Source of the DNA: Nitrosopumilaceae archaeon
GTDB taxonomy: Archaea > Thermoproteota > Nitrososphaeria > Nitrososphaerales > Nitrosopumilaceae
NCBI GenBank assembly: GCA_965203465.1
Contig: CBDBCR010000003.1
Location: 160,001 to 224,000 of the forward strand
Direction of reading: 5' to 3'
Length of the DNA: 64,000 nucleotides
Positions 20,900-31,400 of this stretch are shown here, piece by piece. Within the stretch, counting starts at the first letter, position 1; each line of letters begins with the position of its first letter. Below the pieces are notes generated by a model. The model was not told the origin of the DNA. It ran no database searches and saw only the letters and a program-made list of their open reading frames with translations. Made by a program: the position numbers and the translations under genes.

Positions 20900-21202
20900 T
20901 TGGCGTGGATAAGGGCCTGCGGACGGGGCGGCGTGGAAGAGGGCGCCATGCTCGGCATAGAGCACGGCGGCAAGAGGATACTTCTCGCCAGGTTCTCGGG
21001 CGCGCTGCGCGCCATGGACGGCACCTGCACGCACGCCGACGCGGACCTGTCGTGCGGCTTTCTGTCCGAGGAGGGCGTGCGCTGCCCGCTCCACCTCTCT
21101 GTGTTCGGCCCCGACGGCGTCCCCATCAACCCGCCGGCCGAAAAGCCCCTGGCCGTCATGCCCGTCAAGGAAGAGCCCGACGGGATATACGTGGAGGTAT
21201 GA
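20900..21202 (+). CDS. Rieske [2Fe-2S] ferredoxin
   Basis: CTH...CPLH motif. Confidence 0.92.
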   Translation: MAWIRACGRGGVEEGAMLGIEHGGKRILLARFSGALRAMDGTCTHADADLSCGFLSEEGVRCPLHLSVFGPDGVPINPPAEKPLAVMPVKEEPDGIYVEV

Positions 21203-22434
21203 TGCAGGGCCTGGCCTCGTCGGTGCGCGGCGACTTTCCCATACTCTCCAGGACCGTACGCGGCAAGCCGCTGGTGTACCTTGACAACGCCTCGACGACG
21301 CAAAAGCCCGTGCAGGTCATCGACGCCATATCCGACTACTACCGCAACTCCAACGCCAACACGCACCGCGCCGTGTACGCCCTGGCAGAAGAGGCCACCG
21401 AGGCCTACGAGGGGGCGCGCGCCGCCGTGGCGCGGTTCCTCGGCGTGCGCGACGTCTCGGAGTTGGTCTTCGTGCGCGGCACCACCGAGGCCATAAACCT
21501 GGCGGCCCACGCGTGGGGGCGCGCCCACCTCAAGGGGGGCGAGGCCGTGATCACCACCGAATACGAGCACCACAGCAACATCGTCCCCTGGCAGCTGCTC
21601 GCAAAGGAAAAGGGGGCAAGGCTCCTGTACGTCGGGGTGGACGACGACGGGAACCTCGACATGGACCAGCTCGACGCGCACCTGGAATCGGGTGGCGCGA
21701 GGCTGGTCACCTTCAGCCTAATGTCCAACGTGCTCGGGACCATCACCGACGCGCGGGCCGTGGCCTCGCGCGCCAAAAAGGCCGGCGCCCTAGTGATGAT
21801 AGACGGCGCGCAGGCGGTCCCGCACATGAAAGTCGACCTGCCCTCGCTGGGCTGCGACTTTTTCGCCTTTTCGGCCCACAAGATGCTCGGGCCCACCGGC
21901 ATAGGCGCGCTGTGGGTGCGCAAAGGCGTGCTCGAGGCCATGGAGCCGTTCCACGGCGGCGGCGACATGATACGCGAGGTCCACAAGCAGAGCTCTACGT
22001 GGAACGATCTGCCCTACAAGTTCGAGGCCGGCACGCCCAACATAGCCGACACCATAGGCTTCGGGGCCGCCGTCGACTACCTCGAAAAGATAGGCATGGA
22101 CCGCGTCAGGCGGCACGAGCACGAGCTGACCCGGTACGCCCTCGAGAGGCTCTCCGGGGTGCGCGGCATGCGGACGTACGGGCCCGCCGATCCGGACGCG
22201 CGCGGCGGCGTGATATCGTTCAACTTCGCCGACGTGCACCCGCACGACGTGGCCCAGATACTCGATTCGGACGGCATAGCGGTGCGCTCGGGCCACCACT
22301 GCGCGCAGGTGCTCATGGAGAGGATGGACGTGGCCGCGACCACGCGCGCCAGCGTGTACATTTACAACGACGAGGCCGACATAGACAGGCTCGTCTCCTC
22401 GCTCGATCGCGTCGCGGAGACGTTCAAGCTATGA
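21199..22434 (+). CDS. sufS: Cysteine desulfurase
   Basis: YLDNASTTQKP, EHHSNIVPWQ, SAHKMLGPTG, RSGHHCA. Confidence 0.96.
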   Translation: MMQGLASSVRGDFPILSRTVRGKPLVYLDNASTTQKPVQVIDAISDYYRNSNANTHRAVYALAEEATEAYEGARAAVARFLGVRDVSELVFVRGTTEAINLAAHAWGRAHLKGGEAVITTEYEHHSNIVPWQLLAKEKGARLLYVGVDDDGNLDMDQLDAHLESGGARLVTFSLMSNVLGTITDARAVASRAKKAGALVMIDGAQAVPHMKVDLPSLGCDFFAFSAHKMLGPTGIGALWVRKGVLEAMEPFHGGGDMIREVHKQSSTWNDLPYKFEAGTPNIADTIGFGAAVDYLEKIGMDRVRRHEHELTRYALERLSGVRGMRTYGPADPDARGGVISFNFADVHPHDVAQILDSDGIAVRSGHHCAQVLMERMDVAATTRASVYIYNDEADIDRLVSSLDRVAETFKL

Positions 22435-22856
22435 CCGACATCTACCACGAGATGATCGTGGACTATTCGCGCAACCCGGCCAACTTCGGCAGCATCGAAG
22501 ACCCCGACGCGACCCACCACGACGCCAACCCGCTGTGCGGCGACAGCATAGACATGGACCTGCGCGTGCGCGGCGGCAAGCTGGAGGACGTAAAGTTCCG
22601 GGGCCGCGGGTGCGCCATCTGCATGGCGTGCTCGTCGGTCCTCACCGAGATAGCAAAGGGCAAGACCGTCGACGAGGCGAGGAAGATATCCAAGGACGAC
22701 GTGCTCGGCGAGCTGGGCCTCGAAAAGCTGCAGGCGGTGCGCATAAAGTGCGCCCTGCTCTCCCTGAAAGCCCTGAAGATGGCCCTCTACAAGCACCTGG
22801 CCGCGACGGGCGGCGACGCCTCGGATCTCAAAGAGGACGCGGCCGGCCTCTACTGA
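22431..22856 (+). CDS. sufU: Fe-S scaffold SufU/IscU-like protein
   Basis: NPLCGD, GCAICMA, RIKCALL. Confidence 0.92.
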   Translation: MTDIYHEMIVDYSRNPANFGSIEDPDATHHDANPLCGDSIDMDLRVRGGKLEDVKFRGRGCAICMACSSVLTEIAKGKTVDEARKISKDDVLGELGLEKLQAVRIKCALLSLKALKMALYKHLAATGGDASDLKEDAAGLY

Positions 22857-24040
22857 CGCGAGGCCGCCTCCTCGAGCGCGGCTATCATGGGCAGGCGCTT
22901 GCCCGTAAGGTACAGGACGAGGGCGCCGCCGGCCGTGCTGACGTGGTCTATGCGGTCCGCCAGCCTGTACTTTTTGAGCGCGTGGCTCAGGTGGCCCCCG
23001 CTGACTATGGTGGTGGCCATCGAGCCGGCCACCCCCGCGAGCAGCGAGCGCGTGCCGTAGCTGAACCGCTCCAGCTCAAAGTTGCCCGCCGGCCCGCTCA
23101 TGAAGACGGTGCCGGCCCCCGATATTATCCGGTTGTAGTGGTCCATGGTCTTGGGGCCGAGGTCGTAGATGACCTCGCCGGGGCCGAGGTCCCGCACGTC
23201 GACTTCGAGGCGCTCGCCGTCCTTGTCTATGGCCACGTCGACGGGCGTGGAAAAGACATCCGGGTACTCGCCGATCAGCTTGTGCGCGCGCGAGACGGCC
23301 TCGTCCTCGCGGGCGATGCCGAGCGGCGCCCGTATGCGCCCCTGCGCCCTCATGAAGACGTTGCCTATCACGCCGGTGAGCAGCACGTGGTCTGCCCTAC
23401 CGTTCTTTATCAGCTGGCGCACCGCCTCGAGGCGGTCGTACACCTTGGAGCCGCCCAGCACCACGGCGTGCGGCGCCTTGGCGACCGTCATTATGCGGTC
23501 CAGGTGGGCCACCTCGCGCTCGACGGTGCGTCCCGCGCAGGCGGGCAGCACGCGGGCGAACCCGACGATGGAGGGGTGCGAGCGGTGCGCGCTCGGGAAC
23601 GAGTCGAGCACGCACAGATCAAAGAGGCCCGAGAGCCGGCTCACCATCAGCGTCTTTGCGGCGTTTTCCGGGGAAAACTCGTAGTTTTCCTCGGCGCACA
23701 GGCGCAGGTTGTCCAGCACCAGTATCTGGCCCGGCTCCATGGCGCGTATGGCCTCGCGGGCCGCGCTGCCGATGACGTCTTCTACGTAGTCTATCCTGCG
23801 GCCCAGCACGCGCCCGAGCACCTCGGCGTGGCCTGCCATCCCGGTGTACTCGGAGTTGCCCACCCTGCCCTGGTGCGAGGCCACGACCACCTTGGCGCCG
23901 GCGAGGTCGCGCACGGTCCGCGCGGCCTCTTCTATGCGCTTGGTGCCGGCAGGCTTTCCGTCGCTGCCCATCGGGCAGTTCATGTCCACCCGGAGGAAGA
24001 TCGTCTTGCCCCCCGTCTCAAAGTCGTCGATCGTCAGCAC
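22850..24040 (-). CDS. pgk: Phosphoglycerate kinase
   Basis: RVDMNCP, SHQGR, LGGSK, SGGH, HVSTAGGA. Confidence 0.95.
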   Translation of the reverse strand: MLTIDDFETGGKTIFLRVDMNCPMGSDGKPAGTKRIEEAARTVRDLAGAKVVVASHQGRVGNSEYTGMAGHAEVLGRVLGRRIDYVEDVIGSAAREAIRAMEPGQILVLDNLRLCAEENYEFSPENAAKTLMVSRLSGLFDLCVLDSFPSAHRSHPSIVGFARVLPACAGRTVEREVAHLDRIMTVAKAPHAVVLGGSKVYDRLEAVRQLIKNGRADHVLLTGVIGNVFMRAQGRIRAPLGIAREDEAVSRAHKLIGEYPDVFSTPVDVAIDKDGERLEVDVRDLGPGEVIYDLGPKTMDHYNRIISGAGTVFMSGPAGNFELERFSYGTRSLLAGVAGSMATTIVSGGHLSHALKKYRLADRIDHVSTAGGALVLYLTGKRLPMIAALEEAASRQ

Positions 24041-24075
24041 CGCGCGGCCCGCGCCGGGCGGCCCTAAAAAAACCC

Positions 24076-24435
24076 TCACGTCGGCCGCGGGGTTATCTTG
24101 TAGACTGCGACCTTTTTCAGGCCGATGACCGAGCCGGCGAGGAGCCCGGCAAGGCCGTACTTTGACTTGCGCGCGTCCAGCGCGCGCCGGGCCTCGTCGC
24201 CCGAGACCAGGACGGCGTGGCCGTCCTCCCAGCCGCCGCGCAGGCCGCCGCGCAAAGAGCACTCGGCCATCCTGACCGACGGGTTGAGTGCGATGCGCTT
24301 GGCCTTGCCGCTGCGCGCGCCGGTGGCCACGTAGATGCAGCCCTCCCCGTGCACGAACCAGACGGGGGTGCGCACGCCCGCCCCGCTCCTGCGGAATGTC
24401 TCGAGGCTGGCGTATTTGGCGCCCGGGTCGGGCAT
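24076..24435 (-). CDS. PPOX-class F420-dependent oxidoreductase
   Basis: LETFRRSG..V.TPVWF...SGKAKRI..NP.V. Confidence 0.88.
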   Translation of the reverse strand: MPDPGAKYASLETFRRSGAGVRTPVWFVHGEGCIYVATGARSGKAKRIALNPSVRMAECSLRGGLRGGWEDGHAVLVSGDEARRALDARKSKYGLAGLLAGSVIGLKKVAVYKITPRPT

Positions 24436-24438
24436 GGC

Positions 24439-24621
24439 CTAGCGCCGGCGCCTGCGCTGCCCCGGCTTGTTCTGGCCGGGGAACCTGCTGAGCACGCAGC
24501 GCTTTTTGAAGTTGGACTTGTTGCGCAAGCTGGCGTTGGTGCCCACCCTCTTGCGCCCCTCCACCTTGGGGGTCTGGCCCCTGACCTTGCCGGCCTTTGT
24601 GAGCGAACCGTGGGTTGCCAT
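24439..24621 (-). CDS. rps30e: 30S ribosomal protein S30e
   Basis: MATHGSLTKAGKVRGQTPKV. Confidence 0.97.
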   Translation of the reverse strand: MATHGSLTKAGKVRGQTPKVEGRKRVGTNASLRNKSNFKKRCVLSRFPGQNKPGQRRRRR

Positions 24622-24899
24622 GGGGCGGGAGGCGGGGGGTTCGAATTTATGTATTCCGCACGGTCTTGGCGGCAAAGTCGGCCCGGCGACACGCCTCGCC
24701 GGGAGCCGGCACCCCTTGGCGGCCCGGACGGCGCCGGTGCCCGCTTTTGCGCCCCCCGCCGCGCGGCCCGCCCGCTTTGGCGCGCCGCCCCGCGGGGCCG
24801 GCAGGCACCGAATCCGGAGCAGGCAGCGCAGATTGTGCCCCGGCCGTCTGCGCGCCGGCGATGCCGGCCTCCGGTCTTGGCTGTCCGCCGCGTCGGTTT

Positions 24900-25408
24900 C
24901 AGGCGTCGGCCCGCACGCCGTTGACGGTATTCGGGTACACAGCCCAAGCGCCTCTTGTCGCGTGTCGGGCCAGTTTGCGGAATATCCGGGCTGCGTGCTC
25001 GGCGTGCGCAGTCTTCGATGCGGCCCTCAGATGCGGGGGAGTTGGCGCTCCGCCAGCGCGCTCCACCCGAAACGCGCACTACGAATCCCCGCTGTGCAAA
25101 GTAGCGGCTTGCGCTGCGCGACGCGGCATAAAACGCCGTTGCTCCCCAATCCCGGCATCTGGTCGTCTTGGCGTCGAGAAAATCGCGCGCGTCTTTGTGC
25201 TCGCTTTGCGCGTGATGCTTGGCAATCGTGCATCGGGTTGGCCTTTCAAGATCGTGCTGGCGTCCGGCGGGAGCTTGCGCTCCTGTTCGCGCACAGGCGC
25301 GAACGGAGGCTCCAGATACGGCGTGCGCGCCGTGCATTCTGCCTACACAATCTTGCCGACCGCCGGAGCCGAAACATCCCAAAGATCGTAGCCGTCGCGG
25401 GTTGTCAA
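24900..25408 (-). pseudogene. Decayed HEPN toxin/antitoxin-like pair resembling 47830-48662
   Basis: Fragments HHAQSEHKDARDFLDAKTTRCRDWGATAFYA and ALAERQLPRI*GPHRRL align by eye to the HEPN at 48315; stops and frameshifts present; boundaries approximate. Confidence 0.55.
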
Positions 25409-25427
25409 CGGGCGCGACGTACCGCGG

Positions 25428-28400
25428 TCAGTCCTGCCCGTTGATGCCCGGGTACCCGAACAGTTCCTCGAACAGAAGGGCCGCCCTTGCCTGCTCCGCC
25501 AGCACGGCCTCGCGGAGGCGCCGCTCGTCGGCCTCCAGGTCGGGCAGCTGCGGGGCCGGCGCCGGCGCGTCCGGCTCCGGTGCCGGCATCATGGAATCGA
25601 GCACCTTTTGGGCGGCCATCACCTGCGCGTACAGGTGGTCGCGGAACTCCGGGTCGCCGCGGTCGTAGCCCTGCTTGGGGATGCCGTCGTAGATGTACAT
25701 GGACTCGTCGATGTCGTGGTACAGCCGCGACTGGTTGTACAGCGGCAGGTACTCGCCTTCCGGCGAGAGCTTGAACAGGTGCCCGTCGCCGTCGACGAGC
25801 ACGTCCTCGCCCGACGACACGCGGTACAGCAGCATCCCGTCCACCTCGATCCCCGGCTGCGGGTCCATCGGCTCGCCCGATACCCGTATGCCGTGGTTGT
25901 AGTAGTTTTGCCACGAGTTCCTCTCCCTGTCCCAGACGTCGGTCCCCACGATGTCGAACTCGAGCGGCGCCCGGAACGTGTGGGTTATGGTAACGGAGAG
26001 GCACTCGAGCGAAGATCCCGCCGAGCATTCCACCACGTCGTGCGAGGCGGACAGCGTGTCCAGGTCGATGGCGCCGTCCGGATCTATCACGGAGACGGCG
26101 CCGGTCCCGTCGAACGAAATGTCGTAGTTTACGACCGCCCTGCTCTCCGATATGACCTCGCCGGAGCGCAGCCCGAAGGCCAGCGAGACGTGCTCTACGT
26201 TGCCCGGCCCCTGGTTTTCGTACATCTTTAGCACCACGGTGTTTTGCTTGCCGACTTCGGATTCGATCAGCGGGTACGGGGTGAAAAAGTACGCCACGTC
26301 GGACGACAGTCCGTTGTACGCAAAGCCGCCGTCGACGAGTTTGGCGCCGTACTCGTCGTAGCCGAGCGTCGGCGGGGTGCAGTCGTCGCACTCCGAGCCG
26401 CCGCTCGGCGGCAGCGCGGGCCCGGTCCCCCATGCCGAAAAGTGGCTGGTCCAGACAGTCGAGCTCTCCCGCACGTAGCACGAGCCCGCGTCGGTCCCGT
26501 CCTGCCCCTCGAGGGAGGCCAGGTGCCCGGCAGCCTCGGCGTGCGTCGAAGAGCCGGTCAGATCCTCGGGGCACTCTTGTACAGCGAGGGTCTGCCCGCC
26601 GGTCACCACGAAGACCAGCTCCTGGAGCGGCGTCGAAAACTCTATGCGGGCAGGCAGCGACAGCTCGACGCGCCCGGCCGGATCGCCCACCTCCACGAGG
26701 GTCGCCGACTGCGAGGTGTCCAGCCTGTACGAGAACGCGTAGTCGTCGGACGGCACGGTGGAACTGGACGCCGACATAGGCAGCGTCTGATCCGCGGGCA
26801 GCCCGCCCACCTGCAGGCCGGCGGGCAATACGACGGTGGCAGAGGCGAACATGACGGTCAGCCCGGAGCTGAACTCGGCGGTCTGCCCTCCGGCCGAGGC
26901 CACGCTGGCGGCCGGCGAGGCCGGATCGGGCAGCAGCGAGGCGTCGATGGCCACCGGCTGCCGGGCCACGACGGTGCTTACGATCGAGTCGGGCGGCAGC
27001 ACCAGCTCCGTGCGACCGTCCCTGGCCGTGTCGCGCAATACGACCGCCCCGTCGCGCGCGTCCGCCGGGACAAGCGACTTTGCGCCGCCGTTGAGCAGCG
27101 CGTTGCCCACCCTGTCGGTGACCCCGGAGACTTGGAAGTCGATGCGGGTGCTGGACATCAGCTCGGCGTCGCTCTGGGCCAGCATGGCGAGTACAGAGGC
27201 GGTGCCCGAGCCGTGCACCGAAGAGGCTGCCGGCACCGAAGAGGCGCCGTACTCGAAGAGCGTATAGTCCGCAGCCGCGGTCACCACCGGCTCGGAGTAA
27301 AAGAGCGCTACGGAGCGCTGGCCGACAAGCGATATCTGATCTAGCTGCGGGGCCGTGTTGTCCACCAGGACGTTGGGGCCGGTCAGCCTCTCCTCTCCGA
27401 AGGTGACTGGCACCCCGTCGATCATCACCTCTATGCTGATGTCCAGCGGGCCGTCGGGGTCGGTCCCGCAGGCGGCCCACTCTGCGGCGAACTGCTTGGC
27501 CGGCGGGGTCGTCTCTTCGACCGAGCTTTCCGGGTTGGGGAGCGGGGGCTGCAGGGACGCGCTCCTGCCGTTTATCAGTACGTCGAACTCGCCCATGGTG
27601 AACGTCTCTTCGGCCCGGAACGAAATGTCCACCAAGGTCCTGGGCCTGTCCCCCTCCGGGACGCACACGCCCTCCCCGGATGTCAGGACGCGCTGGCCGC
27701 CCTGCAGCACCAGGGTGCCGGTCGGCTCGTAAGAGTCCCCGCCCGTGGCCATGCCCGAGGGGTGGCGCGAAGTCACCGTGAACTCCGTGACGGTCAGCGG
27801 CACCTCGTACTTTGGTATCGGTACGGCCTGCCCGCCGCGCACCTGCAAGAGCTGGAACTCGGTGCCGGCCAAGTCCCCGTTGATATCGAGCGTGGTGTCC
27901 CCTATCAGGCCCGCGTGCCCGCGCGCGGCCGCCGGGATGTTTTCCAGCAGGGCAGAGGCGGCCGCCGAGTCGCCGAGCAGCACCGCCCTGCCCATCAGGT
28001 GGACCGAATCGTAGGCGGCGTACGTATAGATGCCAAAGTCGCGGTGCCCGTCGGGCAGCCTGGCAGATATCTCGCGCGTGACGCGATCGAACTGCGGGTG
28101 GTCGCGGTCGAACACGGCGTCCACGCTCGTGTACCGAACCTGCGAGGCAAAGTCGCGCACCTGGTCCGTGTGGGACAGTATGGTGTCCAGTATCGACGTG
28201 CCGAACCACTGCGAGGTGCCCAGCGCGGCCGCCCCCGGCGGGGCGCCCGGCGCGGACGAGGCCGCGTCGGCGGCGGCCATTATTTCGACCGTGTCGGTGC
28301 TGAAATCGAACAAGAGGACGGCCGAGTCCGAGGCCACGTGCGTGGCGGACATCTGCGATACGAGCGCCGCCGAATCGAGCGGGGCCCCGTCGGTCGACGA

Positions 28401-31400
28401 GACGAACGGCACCAGCGCCGTGGTGTAGCCCGAGCCCAGATCGAATCTTGACTTTACGGATTCGGCCAGGCCTCTCCCCCACGCGTCGTCCCTGTACGCT
28501 ATGGTGGCGTGCTTTATGCCCGCGTTGAGCAGCTGCTCCGCGATGAACGGGCCCATGAGCGTGTCGGGCGGTATCAGCCTGAATATGCCGTCCTGCTTTG
28601 CCAGCGAGGCGGCAGTCGAGCCGTAGCTGAGGACGGTCACGCCGTTGGCCGCCGCATAGTCCTGCACGCGCGTCACGCCGCCCGACGTGGCCGGGCCGAT
28701 TACCGCCTTTATGCCCGCCGAGTTTAGGTCGCTCAGCCGCGCCAGCGCCGTGTCCGGCTCGGCCCGCGAATCGCGTATGTCCAGCGAGACGCGCCAGTCC
28801 GAGTCGGTCTGCTCGAGGCGCTCGTTGAGGTCTTTCACCCCGACCTGCATGGCGGCTTCCCAGTGCTCGCCGAGCGACGAGACCGGGCCGGTCAGCGGCA
28901 CGAGCGCGCCGATCGTGACCGTGTGCAAGTCGCCAAGGCCCGCCGTCTCCGTAAGGTCCAGGACGGTCAGCCCGCCGCGCGTGTTGTTCAGGCCGGTCAC
29001 CGCCGCGTTGGACGAGGCGACGGCCGCGTACAGCCGCCCGTCGACGGTCCTGAGCGAGACGCCCAGCGGGTCGTCCAGGCCGACGCGCTCGCCGGCCGGA
29101 TCGTTGTGGCCGTCGCGCGCGTACGCGAGGCGCTGCGGCGACGCGGGATCCGTGACGTCTATCAGAAACAGCCCGTCGGGCTGATCGACCGTGGCGGCCA
29201 GCACGGTGCGCCCGCCGGCCTCGGACACGTCGATCCGCTCTATGCTGTCGAAGGACGCCAGCGGGTGGCCGTCCAGGTACGGGCCGATGACGCCGGCCGA
29301 GCGGGGCGCGGACGGATCCTTCAGGTTCACTATCTGGATGAATTCGCCGCTGTATTCGTCAGGGTCGTCGCTGGCCACTATGGCCGCGTGCGGCACGCCG
29401 CCCAGCTCGAATGCGAGCACCTGCCCGGGCGAGTAGATGTCGCCGAACGCGCGCCCGTCCCTGTCCAGCAGGCCCGGCGTTATGGAGGCCGCGCGCTTTG
29501 GATTCGCAGGATCCGAAAGATCCAGTATCTGGACGGAGCCCTCGCCGTCGTTGCCGTAATACCAGTCGTCCAAGGAAGATACCACCGCGTACGTCGAGCC
29601 GCCGGACTCGAAGGTGTCTATGCCGACCGGGTTGTACAGCGAATCGAAGAGGCGGCCGTCGGCGTCCCTCTCGCCGGCCACGGCGAACGATATCTGCCGG
29701 ATGGCGGCCGGATTTGAAATGTCCAGTATCGTCACGGCGCCCTGGTACTGGCTGTAGGTTCCGCCGTACTGCGAGGCGAACGCGACGTAGGTCTTGCCGC
29801 CGGTCTCAAAGACGGCCAGGTCCGAGATTGTCAGCAGCGCGTCGATGTTGGTGGCCCAGGCGCCGTTGTTGACCGAGTACCCGCTGTTGGGGTTGCCCGG
29901 ATCCGTAATGTCCACCATCTGGAACCCGCCCACCTGGTACGGGGCGCCCGGCGAGACCGCGACGGCGTACGTGCGGTCGCCTATCTTGACTATCTCTACG
30001 GCGTCGGTCCCGTCCAGCTCGGCCAGCCGGCGCAGCGGGTCGGCGGCAAGGTCGGTCGTCGGCGTGATGCAGTGCAACTGCTGCCCGGTGTACTGGTTGG
30101 GATCGGCGCAGCCGTACATCGGCGAGCGGCCGTCGGCCATGTAAGATACCGAGCGCGGAGAGTACGGATCCGAAATGTCCACTATCTGCAGGCCGTTGTC
30201 GTCCGCCGATGCCACCACGGCGAACGTGCCGGCAGAGCCGCGCAGGCTGACCGTCTCGGGCGGGGTGTCCGGCGAGCCTATCCTGCCGGACAGGTGCGCC
30301 ATCTCGGTGGCCGGATCGTAGCGCACGGTACTCCACGTGCCCGAATACAGGGTGCGCGCCAGCTCTTCGCCGTCCACCGCGTACACGTCCACGTCGGCCG
30401 CGCCGCCCAGGCTGTGGTAGCGCGTTATCGACGGTATGTTGAAGACGTAGCCCGGATCGAAGTTTTTGACGGTCCTGTACGGATCGCCGGGCGATACCGG
30501 GCGGCCGGACGCCTGCCCGTCCGTTATGGCCGAGGCGAGCACCGCGGCCGTGTCCACGGGCGCGTACGCAGAGCGCGCCGAGATCTGCACGGACTGGGCG
30601 GCCACGGCGCGATCGTGAAAGTCCTGCACGTCCCCGGGCGCGTACGACAGCGACTGGCCCGACATGACCGGGTCGCGGAACGTGACGTACGCCGAGATCA
30701 CCGCGGTCGGATCCAAATATTCGGTGGTCCAGCTGGCGGGCACCGGCCACAGCAGGGCGGGCCAGTCGGGGCGCGGCGGGGGCGGTATGTCCTGGGTTAT
30801 CACGCGCTCTTGTGGCACCCGCACGGATATAGCTCCGCTGCCGCCGGCCGACCAGGCCTCGGCCGAGCCGGCGCCGGTCATGGGCATGTTGAAGTATATG
30901 CGCACGGTGTGCGGCGAGACCGACTCTGCGGACATTATCGCGGGCAGCACCGACGGGTCGGGCGTGTCGGATATCTCCAGCGCGACCGGATCGACGCTCA
31001 AGTCGGACAGGTCCTCCACGGCGCTCCGCTCGAAGCGCAGGTGCGGGGCCGCGTACACGGCGCCGGCCTGCGCGAGCGTCTCTGAAAGCTGTACCGTGAT
31101 ACGGGCGTCAGAATCTCCCGACGACGTAATCTGCGAGCCTGTCAGCGCGGTGCCTCCCGTCGTAAAGGAACCGTCGGCCATGAAGATCTTTGCCAAGTCG
31201 GCAGAATCCTTGACCCACTCGTCGAAGGTAAGCGTCAGCACCCCCGAGGCCTCGTCCAGCTCTGCAGAAGATATCGACGGCCGCACGGCGTCGGGCGTGT
31301 CCGTGATTTCGGCCGTCGCGGCCGCTACGGGCAGATCCGAAAGGTCCCGCACCGCGCCCGCGTCCAGGCGCACGTACGGCGTCGTATAGCCGATGGCCGA

